In this document: positions 10,429 through 24,360 of the stretch, in pieces
Layout: each line of letters begins with the position of its first letter
How positions within the stretch are numbered: the first letter of the stretch is position 1
Assembly (NCBI GenBank): GCA_951406725.2
Contig: OX597818.1
Location: forward strand, 43,710,001-43,774,000
Source of the DNA: Octopus vulgaris
Lineage: Eukaryota
DNA length: 64,000 nt
Direction of reading: 5' to 3'
Translations under genes and position numbers: made by a program
The notes under the pieces: generated by a model
The model's database searches: none
Seen by the model: only the letters and a program-made list of their open reading frames with translations
Told to the model about the DNA's origin: nothing

Positions 10429-11388
10429 TGTATTTTTATTTTGTATGAAACAAGATATATTTTTTATGTAGGGTGTTTATTTTCCTCTTTTCATTGATCC
10501 AGCAACTAGATTTATGTAAACTATATAATTTCTGTTATGTAATTTCTTAATCTTTTGATTTATAAAAACTTTACATATTATTTTCTCTTGTTGTGACATA
10601 TTTAGTGCAATTTTCATTACTTGAATCAGTTGATTGCTACGCAATTGCAGTAAACATTACATTTAGAGATTCTTCCATTTTAGAAGGTTTAATCCATTCC
10701 TTCAGAAAGCTCTTCTTTAACTTTGAAGAAGTTTAGTGGTGAAATGGATAAAATGATGAACTTTGAGAGTTGTGTGTGTGCATTTTCTAGCGACAATTTT
10801 GCTTTGATCCATTTTATAGACTACACACTATTACATTAAAGATTCAATTACAGAGATTCATGAATTTAACTTAGAATACAAAGTGAGATTTTCTTTTTTT
10901 TAATCAATCTTTGCTGTTATGAAAGGAAAAAAAATTGAATTTAATTCTTCAAAATATCAGTAATTTGTCTTTTGTAGAGTTGTTGAGTGCAGTTGGATAG
11001 TGGTGATCTGGATCTGATCTGGTTTAAATTTCCACTTGTAACTATTTCAGTTCAGATTGATAATATTGACGAATATAAACACCACACAGTATAATTTTTT
11101 TCCTCCATATTAACATATTTATAATCAACATCATCATCTAACGTCCCTTTTTCTATTCTTGCATGGATATATGTGTATCATCACTCCTTTAACATCCACT
11201 TTTCCATATTTACATGGATCAGATGGAATTGTTAAAGAAACTTTTTATGGTCACATACCCTTTCTGCTGCCAACCATCACCTGTTTCCAGGCAGGCTATT
11301 ATGTTCATGGAAGAAGACTGAAAATGAACAAGCCACTCATTAACAACTATTGTTTGATGGCATAAGGAAAAACACACACATATAAGAC

Positions 11389-11474
11389 TTGAGCCTGGTG
11401 CAGCCATCTGGTTCGCCAGCCCTCAGTCCAACCCATGCTAGCATGGAAAGTGGACGTTAAACGATGATGATGAT
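11389..11474 (+). mobile_element. RTE family A extreme 3' fragment
   Basis: gagcctggtgcagcc...ccatgctagcatggaaagtggacgttaaacgatgatgat. Confidence 0.75.
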
Positions 11475-12920
11475 ATAAATATATATATATTTATGCATGA
11501 CTGGCTTTTAGTTTCCATCTACCAAATCCACTCACAGGTGCCAAGCAGCAGGACTGAACTGAAAACCATATGGCTCAAATAAACTTTTTAATCACACACC
11601 CATGCCTGCATATATATATATATATATTTATGTGTGTGTGTGTGTTTTTGTATATGCTACACCATATGAAAAATCTATAGATTTTAGCCAATACTGCATA
11701 TAATCAACACAATTTTAAAACTGTTTTTTTGTTTGTTTCATGGATAAAAGAAGGATTATCTGGATAGTTTCAATCTTGTTTTGAATTTCATAAGTGACCA
11801 AGTACTTTCAACTCTCTGCAGTGACACTGATTATAAACAACTACTACTAAGTAATTAAATGAATCAGTGACTGATTTGAGTATACATATATAATTTTAAA
11901 CATTTATTACAATATTAACTAAAATCTAAGGTGTGTAGAACAGTCTAGCATTATTTAGTATAAAACTTGGAGTAGTATAATCTTTTCATGTTCAGTTGAT
12001 TTGGCTGCTTTTTCTACTGATAGGTTGTGAATTTACATTTGTGTATATGAGCAGATAGATCATCTTTAATTTAAAATTTGTCATGAAGTGACTTAAGTTC
12101 TAAAACAGTATTTCATGGCTAGTGATGACTTAACTGACATGAGAATAGAGTGCTTGCCCTTTGGTTGAAAGTTCATCAGTTTGTATTTCATCACATGAGC
12201 AGTGATGTGTCACTAGTAAAAAGATCTAATTCATTATAGATCAGTCAACAGAACATGGAAATGTACAATTACAGCAACGAGAATTCTATAATTTAATATT
12301 TTGTTATAGTATTGAACCTGTTTACTTGTAGTTCTAGAGAAGGCATCCAGAAACTCTTCCCATGGTGCTCCAACTACCTTCTGTAGGTTCCAAGATTATT
12401 ATTATTTTACTAATTTTCCAATGAGGCAAACTAGGACAATAAATGATTTTATTTTTGTTCATCCAAGAAGAAAGAATCAATTCCATGACCCTTATGGGAT
12501 CTGTTAATATAGTCAGATGAGATTAATAAAGTTTGAATTGCTAACATTTGGTGAGAAAGTTTTAGGGGAATGTTGTCTCAAAGAATGTTTAGAAAACTAG
12601 ATAATGAGATACATTGTAGACATCATCATCAGAAATAAACCTGTAGAGATTGAGCAACTGATTTCAAAAGAGCATCAGCTGCAGTGATTGTAGAAAAGGT
12701 AGAACACAACCATATGATGGTTAGATGATGTTGGAAACAGCTTTCTGATCATGAGTTACTAACCTGGATAACATTCCCATGGATATAATTTATCACTTTG
12801 GTAAGTGATGTAAAATAAAGTACGTTTTGACTCTGGAAAGGATATGTCTTTTGTGTAATTTTCAATATGACTTTTCCAGTAGAGATCATAGGAGCTTTAT
12901 AATGGTTAGTCTTATTCAAA

Positions 12921-13298
12921 ACTAGCAGTATCGCCCGGCGTTGCTCAGGTTTGTAAGGGAAATAACTATAAAGCATTTTTAGAGAGTTATAGCCAAAAAA
13001 ATGGAAAGAAAATGACGGTAAATTTTTTTTTGAGAGTTAAAAAAGGTGGAGTTGCGTCCCCTAGACGGTCTGTGGTTTGGGTTTCTGATTCTCGACCCCA
13101 TGTCGAATTTATCGATTTTTTTCAGAACTGGGGGAACTTTTCAAAATTTTCGCTGCGTTAGTTTTGAATTATGACATTGGGCTAAGTGTGTGTCAAGTTT
13201 CATCAGAATCGGTTCAAAGCCGTGGTCAGGGTGAGGGTACGAGAAAACAGACACACAGAAACACGCACAGACAAACTGCCGTTTATATAGAGAGAGAT
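12921..13298 (+). mobile_element. Helentron/HINE-like non-autonomous repeat
   Basis: ACTAGCAGTATCGCCCGGCGTTGCTCAGG start and acagacacacaga...gtttatatagagagagat end; parallels 4059-4445 and ~54480-54628. Confidence 0.5.
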
Positions 13299-13949
13299 AT
13301 ATTAGGAGTCTATACTCATAGAAAATGCATTAAACCATCTCCAAACTTGTTTGTCAAGACGAGGTTTCATCATCATTTAGCATCTGCTTTCCATGCTAGG
13401 ATGTGTTGGTTTGACTGGAATTGGTAAGCTGGAGAGCTGCACCAAGTTCCAGTCTAATTTGGCATGGCTTCTTTAGATGGATGCCCTTGATTAATACATA
13501 AATGTGCCAGATGGCTAATTTTCTTTTCCTCTGTTAATCTACATTCCATTTAATTTTAAAATAAATTGTATAATTTGATAAACTGATAAAAAAAAAAGTC
13601 AGAATATTGTCTGGTATGTGGCCATGTTTGACTACTTGGTCCTTAAAGGCAGGCAAAACAGATATTTCTACTGAAACAAAAACAAAGCTGATAAAAGTGC
13701 ACAAGTGTTGCAAAATAAGTTTAATTACCAATAAACATCAGCTTGGATGACATTTTACTCAGCCGACAAAGAAAGATTGAATAAAGTGTATATTTTTTAC
13801 ATGAAAATATCCACTTTGATGATGAATTCCAATATTTTAAATCCAGGTTTGTCCCTGTTAACAGGGTTGGCTAGATCTACCTCACTCTTACAGCAACCAC
13901 TTTCACACCATTTTGCCTGGTTTTGGCCATCCTCCCTCCTCAAGCCAAT

Positions 13950-14310
13950 GCTCCTAATCTCCTCCACCTGTCCCGTTTTCTTTAGTTGACCCCGCTTTTG
14001 CAGATCATTCAATTTAAATCAAGCACTCTTCTCAACACATGTCCATACCACAGCATTCCATTCGCCCTTACTAGCTGTTCCAATTCCTCCAACACCAGCA
14101 TCCCCATCAAGTCCTCAGCCTTCCTTGTATCTAATAGTTTCACACCACACATTGCTCTCAGTCTTTCTCAACATTGCTATTTCACTTTCCCTCAGACACC
14201 ATGTCTCACTTCCATACAGTATCGCAGCCCTCACGCAACTCCGATAAACTCTTCCTTTTGTCTTCAAGAACCTTTTCCAATATAATAACGCTTCACCCAG
14301 CAAAGTCTTG
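13950..14310 (-). mobile_element. Old RTE-type RT/C-terminal fragment
   Basis: ORF 14115-14303 reads KGRVYRSCVRAAILYGSETW, the RTE C-terminal signature. Confidence 0.7.
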
Positions 14311-14802
14311 ATCTTTCTGTCACATCTGCTTCACATCCACCCTATCTCCCAAATGACAAAACCCTCTCGCCGTTTCCACTGGTTCCGCAAACCCTCCAGC
14401 TCCTTTCTCACATCTTCCACAAATAAAATCTCTTGCCAGTCTTGGAGTCACCTTCATTTACATACATCTACCATGAATCCATTTCCCACATTTTGTACAA
14501 AACACCGCATTTGCCATTACTCTTCTCTTACAAATACTGACATTGATCAAGATGAATTGCAGTGTTATATAAATCTCTTAAGTCAGGTATTTAGTGTTTA
14601 TGAATTTGAAAAACAAACGTTTACTCTGGATACACTGCTGGAGTTGATGTTATCCTACTTTGAAGTGTACTTGAGGGAGATAGTTGGTTGTTATAAAAAG
14701 ATTAGCTCAAAAACTAAATTCATCTTTTTCAAACCCACACTCACCATTGTTTCTTTTATTTCTAATGGTGTCTCTCCCGCATTACCAAGTGTGTGCAATC
14801 TT

Positions 14803-15020
14803 ATTTCTTTATTGCCCACAAGGGGCTAAACATAGAGGGGACAGACAAAGGAATTAAGTTGGTTACATCGACCCAGTGCGTAACTGGTATTTAATTTATC
14901 GAACCCGAAAGGATAAAAGGCAAAGTTGACCTTGGCGGAATTTGAACTCAGAACATAACAGCAAACAAAATACCGCAAAGCATTTTGCCTGGAGTTCTAG
15001 CGTTTCTGCCAGCTTGCTCA
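14803..15020 (-). mobile_element. SINE family A
   Basis: Same sequence family as 3366-3597; 17-bp TSD caagtgtgtgcaatctt at 14786-14802 and 15021-15037. Confidence 0.85.
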
Positions 15021-15664
15021 CAAGTGTGTGCAATCTTGCAAAAGAGATGCCTGCCAATATTTCCCTTAGTCTTAGGCTCAGTTCTTAAAATTTTTCCATA
15101 ATTTGTTTCTTCCAGAATTCTCTCCCTTGAGCTTAAGTTCAACTGCATCAGTCTCTCTACTCAAGAAAAGCCTGTAATGGTTATGAACTCTATCCCTCTT
15201 CTCATTGGCATAGCTTTCCACCTGCAAAAAATATACCTCCATCAACAATCACAGGGAACATGTAAATATTTGCGTGGCTCTTCTTTTTTTCATAGTATTT
15301 GGTTACTAGTAAAGAAAAATGTTCAATCTGAAAGTTGCAACCAACAACATTTGAACAGAACCTGCTGCATCAGAATAATCTTCACTTCAAGAAGTTTATC
15401 ATAGAATCAGGTAAGGCAAGGTCAGTATTATAAATTTTTTATTAAGGTTTCAGATTTTAACAGGTCAATAAAACAATTAAGTAAATTTCCAAACATAGAA
15501 CTGTCAGATTTATCTCATAGTGAAAGAAGGCATAAGTATCTAACATTCCATGAATATCTATCAATAAAAATACATTTCAGAATTAGGGAGGATGTATCAA
15601 AAAAATTAAAATGTAGTCGCTTCAATTTTATACTCTGTTGTTCAATCCCAGAATTCAATTGGTT

Positions 15665-15839
15665 TCACAAATGAGCTGGCTGCATTGGCAGTAATCCACT
15701 GTCTGGTGCAGGATGTGTGATTAAACGCTGAATTTCTTTAAATTTGGGGTGTTTTGCATCTTGACAAAGAGACAGCAATGCACTTTCACTTGTAGTCAAA
15801 AAAGCACCTGCTTCCTTAATGCGATTAAATGCATACATC
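15665..15839 (-). CDS. ISOC2: ISOC2-like isochorismatase domain protein, coding exon 4 (last)
   Basis: Acceptor TTTTAG|G, then [57 protein letters not shown]. Stop TGA at 15667-15665; phase matches exon 3. Confidence 0.92.
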
Positions 15840-16100
15840 CTAAAACGATAAACAAGACATTTGTTGAAGCAATAACCTGCATCAAAATAAAAATCAGGGA
15901 ATGTATTTCACAAATTAATACAAATTAATGAGATGCAAAAAACAAAAGGAAATTGTTTGACCCTGTCATGCCATGTTCCTGCTATAGCTGGAATAGCTAG
16001 AATATTGTCTCTAATTCCCAGTAAAGTGGTAATGAAACAATTAATGGAAAAAGAAGATAAAGTGCTAAAACTACACAACTGATTATGCTGCAGCTTTGTA

Positions 16101-17070
16101 ATCATCATTGTTTAATGTTTGTTTTCCATGCTGGTATAGGTTGGTCGGTTTGACTGGGGACTGGCAAGCTTGGAGGCTGCACCAGGCTTCAATCTGGTCT
16201 GGCAAGGTTTCTACAGCTGGATGCCCTTCCTAATGCCAACCACTCTGAGAGTGTAGTAGGTGCTTTTTACATGCCACCAGCACGAGAGCCAGTCAGGTGG
16301 CACTGGCATCGGCTTTGTTCGGATAGTGCTTTTTATGTGTCACTGGCACAGGAGCCAGTCAGGACAGTGGGGCTGATAACGACCACATTCAGATGGTGTT
16401 TCTTACATGCCGCTAGCATCAACCCACACATGAATGGTGTTTATTGCCCTTGTGCATCAGCCACATACAAAATCCGTCATCCTGGTTAACCGTCCTTTGA
16501 TGTTGCTGCACCTCTTATGCATCCATAGCTTACACTGGGTACATTTTATGGAGTTTCTACCCACACCTTTTCTACAAATTGAGCAGGGCCATCTACCTGA
16601 AAGGGTTTGTGATTTGTTCGCCTTCCTACTTACTATGACTTTGGATTTTGCAACATTGAATCTAAGGCCCTTTGATTCTAAACCTTGCTTCCACACCTGA
16701 AATTTCTTCTCTAGTTCTGGTAGTGATTCAGCTTTTAGCGCAAGGTCATCAGCATAGAGGAGCTCCCAGGGGCATCCTGTCTTGAATTCCTCTGTTATTG
16801 CCAGGAGGACTATGATAAATAAGAGGGGGCTGAGGACTGATCCTTGGTGAACCCCTACTTCTACCTGGAATTCTTCACTATACTCGTTGCCGACCTTTAC
16901 TTTACTGACTGCATCACTGTACAGCTCTTACTAACCACTCATTTATCCCTAGTTTCTGCATCTCTCATGAGATAAGGGATTGGGGGACCCTGTCAAAGGC
17001 TTTCTGCAAGTCAACAAAAGCCAAGTATAGGGGTTTATTTTTGGCTAGGCATTTCTCCTGTAGTTGCCTT
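16101..17070 (-). mobile_element. RTE family A copy with internal deletion (3'UTR joined to the RT region)
   Basis: 3'UTR at 16101-~16420 abuts the RT segment (ELLYADDL at ~16742-16765, WKQGLESKGLRFN, Cys-rich insert). Confidence 0.85.
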
Positions 17071-17981
17071 GGCTGTTGTTTACTTTTGTTTTTAATCAGG
17101 AAAAAAAACAACATTTTGCAATGTAACGAGTGCGATTAACCCAGCACTTTGTCTTGTAAACAAACAAGACTTGGATTTTGCAGTTGAGGAAATTATTGAT
17201 GATATTTATTGTTTGAATGAAGAGTTGAAGTGTTTACACTTATGCCTGCAATGTGAGTGATTTGGACTATCAAACTTGTGAAAGTGACCAGGAAAGTAGC
17301 GATGCAGGTGAACAAATACTGTAATTGAGAGATAGGCTTATCATTGTTAATCTCCTGATTTTTTTTCTTTTTGTGATTCTGTTCATTAGTTTGCCGGCAA
17401 ACCTTTGATTTTTTTTGCTCAGGAGCCCAAGTGGAGGGTAAAGTTAGATACAGGGGCCTAAATCTGAGAGGTTTAATGAAATGTGTGCTTTGTGAAGTAT
17501 ATATAGGTGATTTCACTTTTTAACTGTAGACCAGTTCAAAATTTCTTAACATAAGTTAAAAAAAAGTTACAGACATTCCTGTGTTAATATGATGCTGAAT
17601 ATTGGTGAGAAAGTTTCAGAAAAATAAAATTTCTGAAAACACCCATAACAGATATTTATCTGAACACTACATTCCCGACAATGTTAAGGTGCCATACAAT
17701 GCCTTTTCTTAGATTTAAAATGTTTTACAAAAGTTCTTTAACCTTTTAAACTGTAGAAGACCTTATTACTATACCAGCAGCCTTTGTGATGGAATCATTT
17801 GAAACAGATACTAATTTTGTTTTACATTTATTCTGAATATATTAAATTGATTCTTTTAGAATCAAAAGAAGAGATATCAAAATAGAACTTTAGACAATTC
17901 CTATAAGTGTTAAAAATATTTAACATGATTCCAAATAAAGTTTTACAGCTAAAAATCTTTACATATCAGTATGACACTTTC

Positions 17982-18095
17982 TTACTATTGACTAGATATA
18001 GCATGTAGCTCCCAAACATATGTGAAAGTAAGAAAATAATATACCAATATATATCATATGCTTATTTGCCAGCAAAATTAAAATGCTGTGGATTC
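17982..18095 (+). repeat. 114-bp segment duplicated at 19982-20095
   Basis: Direct repeat with 6 mismatches and a 2000-bp offset. Confidence 0.9.
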
Positions 18096-18699
18096 CTAGA
18101 AAGATAGTGATTATGGATAATGTGAATTACTTGGTAAATTGAGTTATCTCCAATTAGTGGTTAACATTACTAATTTCAATATTCTGAAATATGATGTATT
18201 TGAAATTGTGAAATAAATAATAGACCAGTTAAATAAGATTGTAAACAATTATTACAAAATATATAATAATATGGTATAACTTTTTTAAAGGTGAAACTCA
18301 AAGAAGATAAAGGTAATATTTAAGGTTTTATCTACTTCAAGTTTCACCATAAACATGATTTGTTTATCTCTCAAACTTTCTAAATAAAATAAATTTCAAT
18401 TCTTATAATGTAAATGATACAGTAGTATACGCAAGGTCTGCTACACAATTGTGAAACAATTTGTATATTTTGTATGGTGCTGGAGCTCTATTACAAAAAA
18501 GGTTTACTGAATACATAACATTAATTCATGAGAAATACTGATTGCCAAATGGTTGAGAAAGAGACTGCATACCATTGTCCAATATATGCAATAGGGTCAA
18601 CTATATTAATATGATCATGTAATTAATGTGTGTGAAACTGTTGGGTGAAAATATACTAGAGGTTCATAGAAAGTTTCTGCAATATTGGTAACTTAATTG

Positions 18700-18910
18700 G
18701 GCAGCAAGCTGGCAGAATTATTAGCACACCAGGCAAAATGCTTAGCATCTTGTTTGTCTTTATGTTCTGAGTTAAAATTCTGCCAAGACTGACTTTACCT
18801 TTCATCCCTTTCAGAGCCTGCAAAATAAGTACCAGTGGAACACTGGGATCATTGTAATTGACTTAATCCCTCCCCCAAACTTGCTGGCCTTGTGCCAAAA
18901 TTTGAAACCA
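18700..18910 (+). mobile_element. Older SINE family A variant
   Basis: gcagcaagctggcagaatt head, ttctgagttaaaattc B-box-like motif, ccttgtgccaaaatttgaaacc tail. Confidence 0.7.
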
Positions 18911-19009
18911 ATATAGGTACCTTAACGAAGTAGTCAGTTTCAAAGCCTCACAAAAGACACAACACACATTTTAAGTTTCTATAACAGAATTGATAAAATG
19001 AGTACATAC

Positions 19010-19142
19010 CTATCAACCATTGAACGAGAGGAACATGCATCCACAACGACATGGACTTGGTAGTCTTTCTCCAACAGATCAAGTACTGTTTGTTGAATGC
19101 AGGCATGTGCCTCAATACCACATAAAACAACAGAATTTACAT
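19010..19142 (-). CDS. ISOC2: ISOC2-like coding exon 3
   Basis: CCCTAG|AT acceptor, (D)[43 protein letters not shown](R), donor AG|GTATGT; 133 nt, phases consistent. Confidence 0.93.
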
Positions 19143-20330
19143 CTAGGGATATAAAAAAAAAATTTTTTTTAAAGTCATTTTAATGTTCACTTTTCCATGC
19201 TTGCATGAGCTGGATGGAGTTTATTGAGGCAGCTTTCTAGAGCTGGATACCCTTTCTAATGCCAACCCTTGTTTCCAAACGAGGTAATATTTCTCCAAAA
19301 CCAGAAATGTTTTTGCAGAATATTGGAAATGATCGACACTGCTTGTATGATGGTGGCACTCATTTACAATTACTACATCATGCCTAGATAGCCACACCAG
19401 TGCCTGTGTACATATATGGCATTAAGAAGGGCATCCACCCATAGAAACCATGCCAAAGATGACACTGGAGCCCAATACAGCTCTGCAGCTTGCAAGTCTC
19501 CAGTCAGAGAAAAGAAATGAAGAAGAGAAAGCAGATAGAAGAACCGAAAAGATGGGCAGGTAGATAAGTACACAAGAGTGAGAATAGTGTGATAGATGAT
19601 TAGAGACATAGAATGTGTTGGATACAGAGAATAACAGTTCAGAGGAGTTGAAGTCAAGGGAAGAAATAGGGTACAACAGAAGACTGATGGAAGAATGGGG
19701 GTTAGACAATGAGTTGTGGAGGAAGGCTTGACAAAACCTCATATTTCCTGAGATGAAAGGGTTTTCTCAAGCACAGCATTCAGCCATCCATCTCAGTACC
19801 CTGTCATCTTCACAAAATTCAACATCTTGAGGTCAGTTTTCACCAATTCAACCCATGTACTTCTGGGATATTTACAATAGTGAGTTCTTTTCCATACTGT
19901 TATATGTTAGAGAACAAGAGTGGCAAGTTGGCAGAATAATTAGCATGTTGGACAAAATGCTTAGTGATATTTCTGGCTCTTTTACTGTTGACTAAATATA
20001 GCATGAAGCTCCCAAACATATTTGAAAGTAAGAAAATAATATACCAATATATATCACATGCTTATTTGCCAGCAAAATTAAAATGCTATGGATTCAAATA
20101 CTGCCATAGTCGATTTTGCCTTTCATTCATTTAGGGTTGATAAAGTAACAATCAAGAACTGGAGTCAATGTAAGCAACTAAAATTGCTGGCGTTGTGCCA
20201 AAAATTTGAAACCATTATATGTTAGAGGAATCTAAAAACATTTGTTAATTTTTATGAGAGGAGGAGGGTAGAGGTAGACTAAACAAGTAGTCCATTCTAG
20301 CCATATACACATAAGCAGTGTGGTATTAAT

Positions 20331-20622
20331 CTTACTCTTTTACTTGTTTTAGTCATTTGACTGCAGCCATGCCTGGAGCACCACCTTTAGTCGAGCAAAT
20401 CAACCCCAGGACTTATTCTATTGGTATCTTTTGCCGAACCACTAAGTTACAGGGACATAAACACACCAGCATCGGTTGTCAAGTGATGTTGGGGGGACAA
20501 ACACAGACACAAACACACATATATACGACGGGTTTCTTTTCAGTTTCTGTCTACCAAATCCACTCACAAGGCTTTGGTCGGCTTGAGGCTATAGTAGAAG
20601 ATACTTGCCCAAGGTGCCACGC
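20331..20622 (-). mobile_element. SINE family B (partial)
   Basis: Reverse complement of the 26792-27178 family (ttactcttttacttg...cacttgcccaaggtgccacgca). Confidence 0.8.
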
Positions 20623-22013
20623 ATAGTTCTCTTAAGCATCATTTCAGGAATTACCAATGAGTCACCTATGAAATTATCCTTAAAAGTATCTCCTTTTCAA
20701 CAGTCTCACTGTCATGTCCATACAGTTAACAAGAAAATCTTTCTTGGTTGCTCCAACCTAAAAAGGTGACTGACCCTAGCAGGGCCTCTTCTATTAATCT
20801 CAAATAATGTGTGCCAAAGTTAGTTCCTTTTCACACCAAAATTCTCAATATTTTTCTTTATCATTGTTATAATATCCACTTTCCATGCCTGCATGAGTCA
20901 GACAGAGTTTAGTGAGGTAGATTTTCTAAGTCCTGTCTGTTGTCAACCCTAACATGTTTCCAAGCAAGGTAATATTTCTCTGTATCCAGATATGCTTTTT
21001 GCAGAATATTGAAAAGGAATGGCATTTATTTACAACAATCATGATATCAAGACAAAGAGACAAACATAGATACACACTCACAGGAACAGGGGAGGCATGC
21101 ACACGCACACACAATCATCATTTAACACTCATCTTCCATGCTGGCATGTGTCGAATGGTTTGACAGGAAGTGGCAAGCCAGAAGACTGCACCAACCTCCA
21201 CTGTCTGCTTCGGTATGGTTTTTACAGCTGGATACCCTTCTTAAAACCAACCACTTTACAGAATGATACATACACAACAGGCTTCTTTCAGTGTCTCCAC
21301 CCACCAAATGCAATCACAAGGCTTTGGTTGGCCCAGGGCTGCAGCAGAAGTCACTTGCCCAAGGTGCCATGCAGTGGAACTGAACCCAAAACCATGTGGT
21401 TAAGAACACCTTTCAGCTAGATCATAACACATTGCTTCCATAAGATACTAGAAATACATCCAGGGAAATCCAAAAGCTCAAAAGCCCTAGAAGCCAATGA
21501 AATCCCAACCATGCACCTAAAAGACCAAACAAGATCTTTTACCTTCCAAACAACAGTCCTTTACTAGAAATATATCAACCAACATTGTAGAATCTCCCTT
21601 CACTCTACTTAGTATAGTAAGATACTATTCTCTAACCACATATACTTTTTAAAGTATATGTTAAGTATTTTGTTTATAAGTGATTAGTTAGGAATGGAAT
21701 CAAATGCTCTTCTAATATTAGAATATGCATGATATTTTTTGTAATATATATGTTACTTTTTGGTGGGATACTATCATATACTCTTTGCCTGAGTAATGTA
21801 TTAGCTAAATATAGTTATTTGACTCTACATTACTTGTTGGAATGAGAAATGAGTAAGTTGGTTATATCAAAGACAAGTCTTTCTAGGATTTATTAATGTT
21901 CACAGGTAAGTCAGGCTACTTCAGTTGAGTTTGTAGAAGATTTATTATAATCATTATTATTTTATCCAGTTGTCAATTTCTAGGAATTAGTTGCTTTTTT
22001 TTTTTATTGTTAC

Positions 22014-22286
22014 TAATGTCGCCTTACTGGCACCTGTGCTGGTGGCATGTGTAAAAAGATTCGAGCGAGGTCGTCGCCAGTACCGCCTGACGGCCCCCGT
22101 GCCGGTGGCACGTAAAAAGCACCCACTACACTCTTGGAGTGGTTGGCATTAGGAAGGGCATCCAGTTGTAGAAACTTTGTGAAATCAAGATTGGAGCCTG
22201 GTGCAGCCATCTGGTTTGCCAGCCCTCAGTCAAAATCGTCCAACCCATGCTAGCATGGAAAGTAGACGTTAAACGATGATGATGAT
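22014..22286 (+). mobile_element. RTE family A 3'UTR fragment
   Basis: gtgccggtggcacgtaaaaagcacc units, ccatgctagcatgg and the (GAT)n tail. Confidence 0.85.
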
Positions 22287-22652
22287 TAGTCATGTTTAAC
22301 GTAAACATGAAAGAAGAGAAAACATGATAAAAATTAATGTTAGTTAATTAAATATTCATAAGAAACTATTACAGAAAAGTGACCTGAATCAAAATGATGA
22401 AACTGAATACTAAGTAACAATAGATACAATAGAAATGTGTTGTAGCATAATTTGATAGTTTCCACACAATTATATTCCTCCAGGCCCACACTCTCAGTAA
22501 ATAAGATATTCAGGTGGTAAAATACCTGTGGTTCTTTATATAGGATTTATTAAGGTCCTCATACATACAGACAGTAACTGTAAAAATATTGCAGAATTTG
22601 GATGGTACCTGCTGTTGCACATTTTCAAAATTGAAATAGATTCTATAAGCAA

Positions 22653-23382
22653 AGGTGTGGCTGTGTGGTTAAGTAGTTTACTTATCAACCACATGGTCTT
22701 GGGTTCAACTCCACTGCATGGCACCTTGGGCAAAGACATGCATAGGCTTCAAAAAATTGAAGTCAGTGTGCATGTTCAACAGAGTGTAAGAATCTTGAGA
22801 GAAAAGTTAGGTATAAAAGGAATCAGATTTGATGTACAAGAAAAACAATTGTGCTGGTATGGTCATGTGATGCATACAGATGAAGACAGCTTTGTAAAGA
22901 AGTGCCGATCTCTAACTGTGGAAGGAACCTGTGGTAGAGTTTGACCCAGGAAGACATGGGACGAGGTGGTGAAGCATGATCTTTGAACTTTGAGCCTCAC
23001 AGAGGTAATGACTGGTGCCTGAGACCTTTGGAGATGTGTTGTGCTTGAGAGGACCCATCAAGTCAAGTGCACCCATGCTGGTGGCACATAAAGAACATCT
23101 TTTGAACATTGGACATCACGGAGGCAAACTGACTGAGTTCCTGTCAAGCACTGGGCCTCACGGAGGCTAAGTGGCTGAGTTCCTTTTGAGTGTTGGGCCT
23201 CACAGAGGCAATGACCATTACACTCTTGGAGTGGTTGACATTAGGAAGGGCATCCAGCCATAAAAGATCATGCCAAATAAGCCTGGAGTCTGCTGCAGCC
23301 TTCCAGCATACCAGCCCAGTGAAACCGTCCAACTCATGCCAGCATGGACAATGGACATTAAATGATGATGATGATGATGATG
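22653..23382 (+). mobile_element. SINE-B tRNA head fused to an RTE family A 3' segment
   Basis: 22653-22733 is ggtgtggctgtgtggttaag...ccttgggcaa; from ~22736 RTE coding (WYGHVMH..VEGTCGR) runs to the (GAT)n tail. Confidence 0.7.
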
Positions 23383-23399
23383 TAGGCTATTTTCTTTGC

Positions 23400-24360
23400 A
23401 CCTGAACTGCTGCAGCAGAGCTATGGGTAAAATACTTGATGGGGTTGAGGTGCTTGGTTTTGATTGCCTGTGAGATGTGGAGGGACATGCCAAAGTATGG
23501 TTTCAGTCATTCACCTAGCTATCTCTGGTGGATGACAGGTGAAGCACATGTACTGCAAAGTACAATTAGCATAGAACAGAGAGCTCCAACTGCTCAGTAG
23601 ACTTGAAGTGTCATTTAGGCCTGGGAGGTGAGAGGCACTGCATGGTGAATATGTAGTGGGTAGGTGAGATGAGGTAGTGGTTAACTGAAAAAAAAATAGG
23701 TGCAGAAAGACTAATGGATTGGTAGAGGGTGGGCTTGGAGATAAGAAAGAGATCAAGAGGATTTGGATTGTCTGTATGTTAGTCAAGGATTCTTTTAGTG
23801 GGATGAAACTAGTTGTAAAGAGTTGAGGATTTCTAGATATTTCGTTTCTCCATGAGTAGCACAAGTATAATATGAATATAAAACATGGAAGCATTGAAGT
23901 CAGAGAGAATGATTAAACTTCAGAAGGCAGATGGAAGAGTTTGGAGAGTGGTAGTAGATGTGTTTAGAAGATCAGAAGGGGAAGAATTTTGGCCTAAGTG
24001 ACTAGAAGTCCTTGTTAGTAATATCCAGATAAGAGATAGAGAGAGGAATCTTCATACACATAGACACTACCTTTCAGAATGAAGTTTGAGTATAAAGTGT
24101 GGTCTGGACAATGGATGTGCAAAAGACGAGGGATGAGAGGAGTGTGGAATGGAGACACAAAGAGGATGTTTTATTTATGTACTTGCAAAAGGTCATGGGT
24201 GTGTACGCATAGGCAGCTGGCTGGTTTGTAGTCCACGAACACTAGAGAAGAAGAGGCGGAGTTGTCCAGAAAGCTTAGGGTTATTTTTTTTTAGCTGAGA
24301 TGTCTAGGAAAGTGTAATGAATGACAGAGCACTATGAGATCATACTAATAACCTCTTATT
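23400..24360 (-). mobile_element. Highly degenerate CR1/Jockey-like LINE remnant
   Basis: Purine-rich on +; the minus-strand translation has decayed motifs (HLPGL..T..L.W; SSLFY..C..EIA-like) reminiscent of non-LTR RT C-termini. No intact ORF. Confidence 0.4.
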
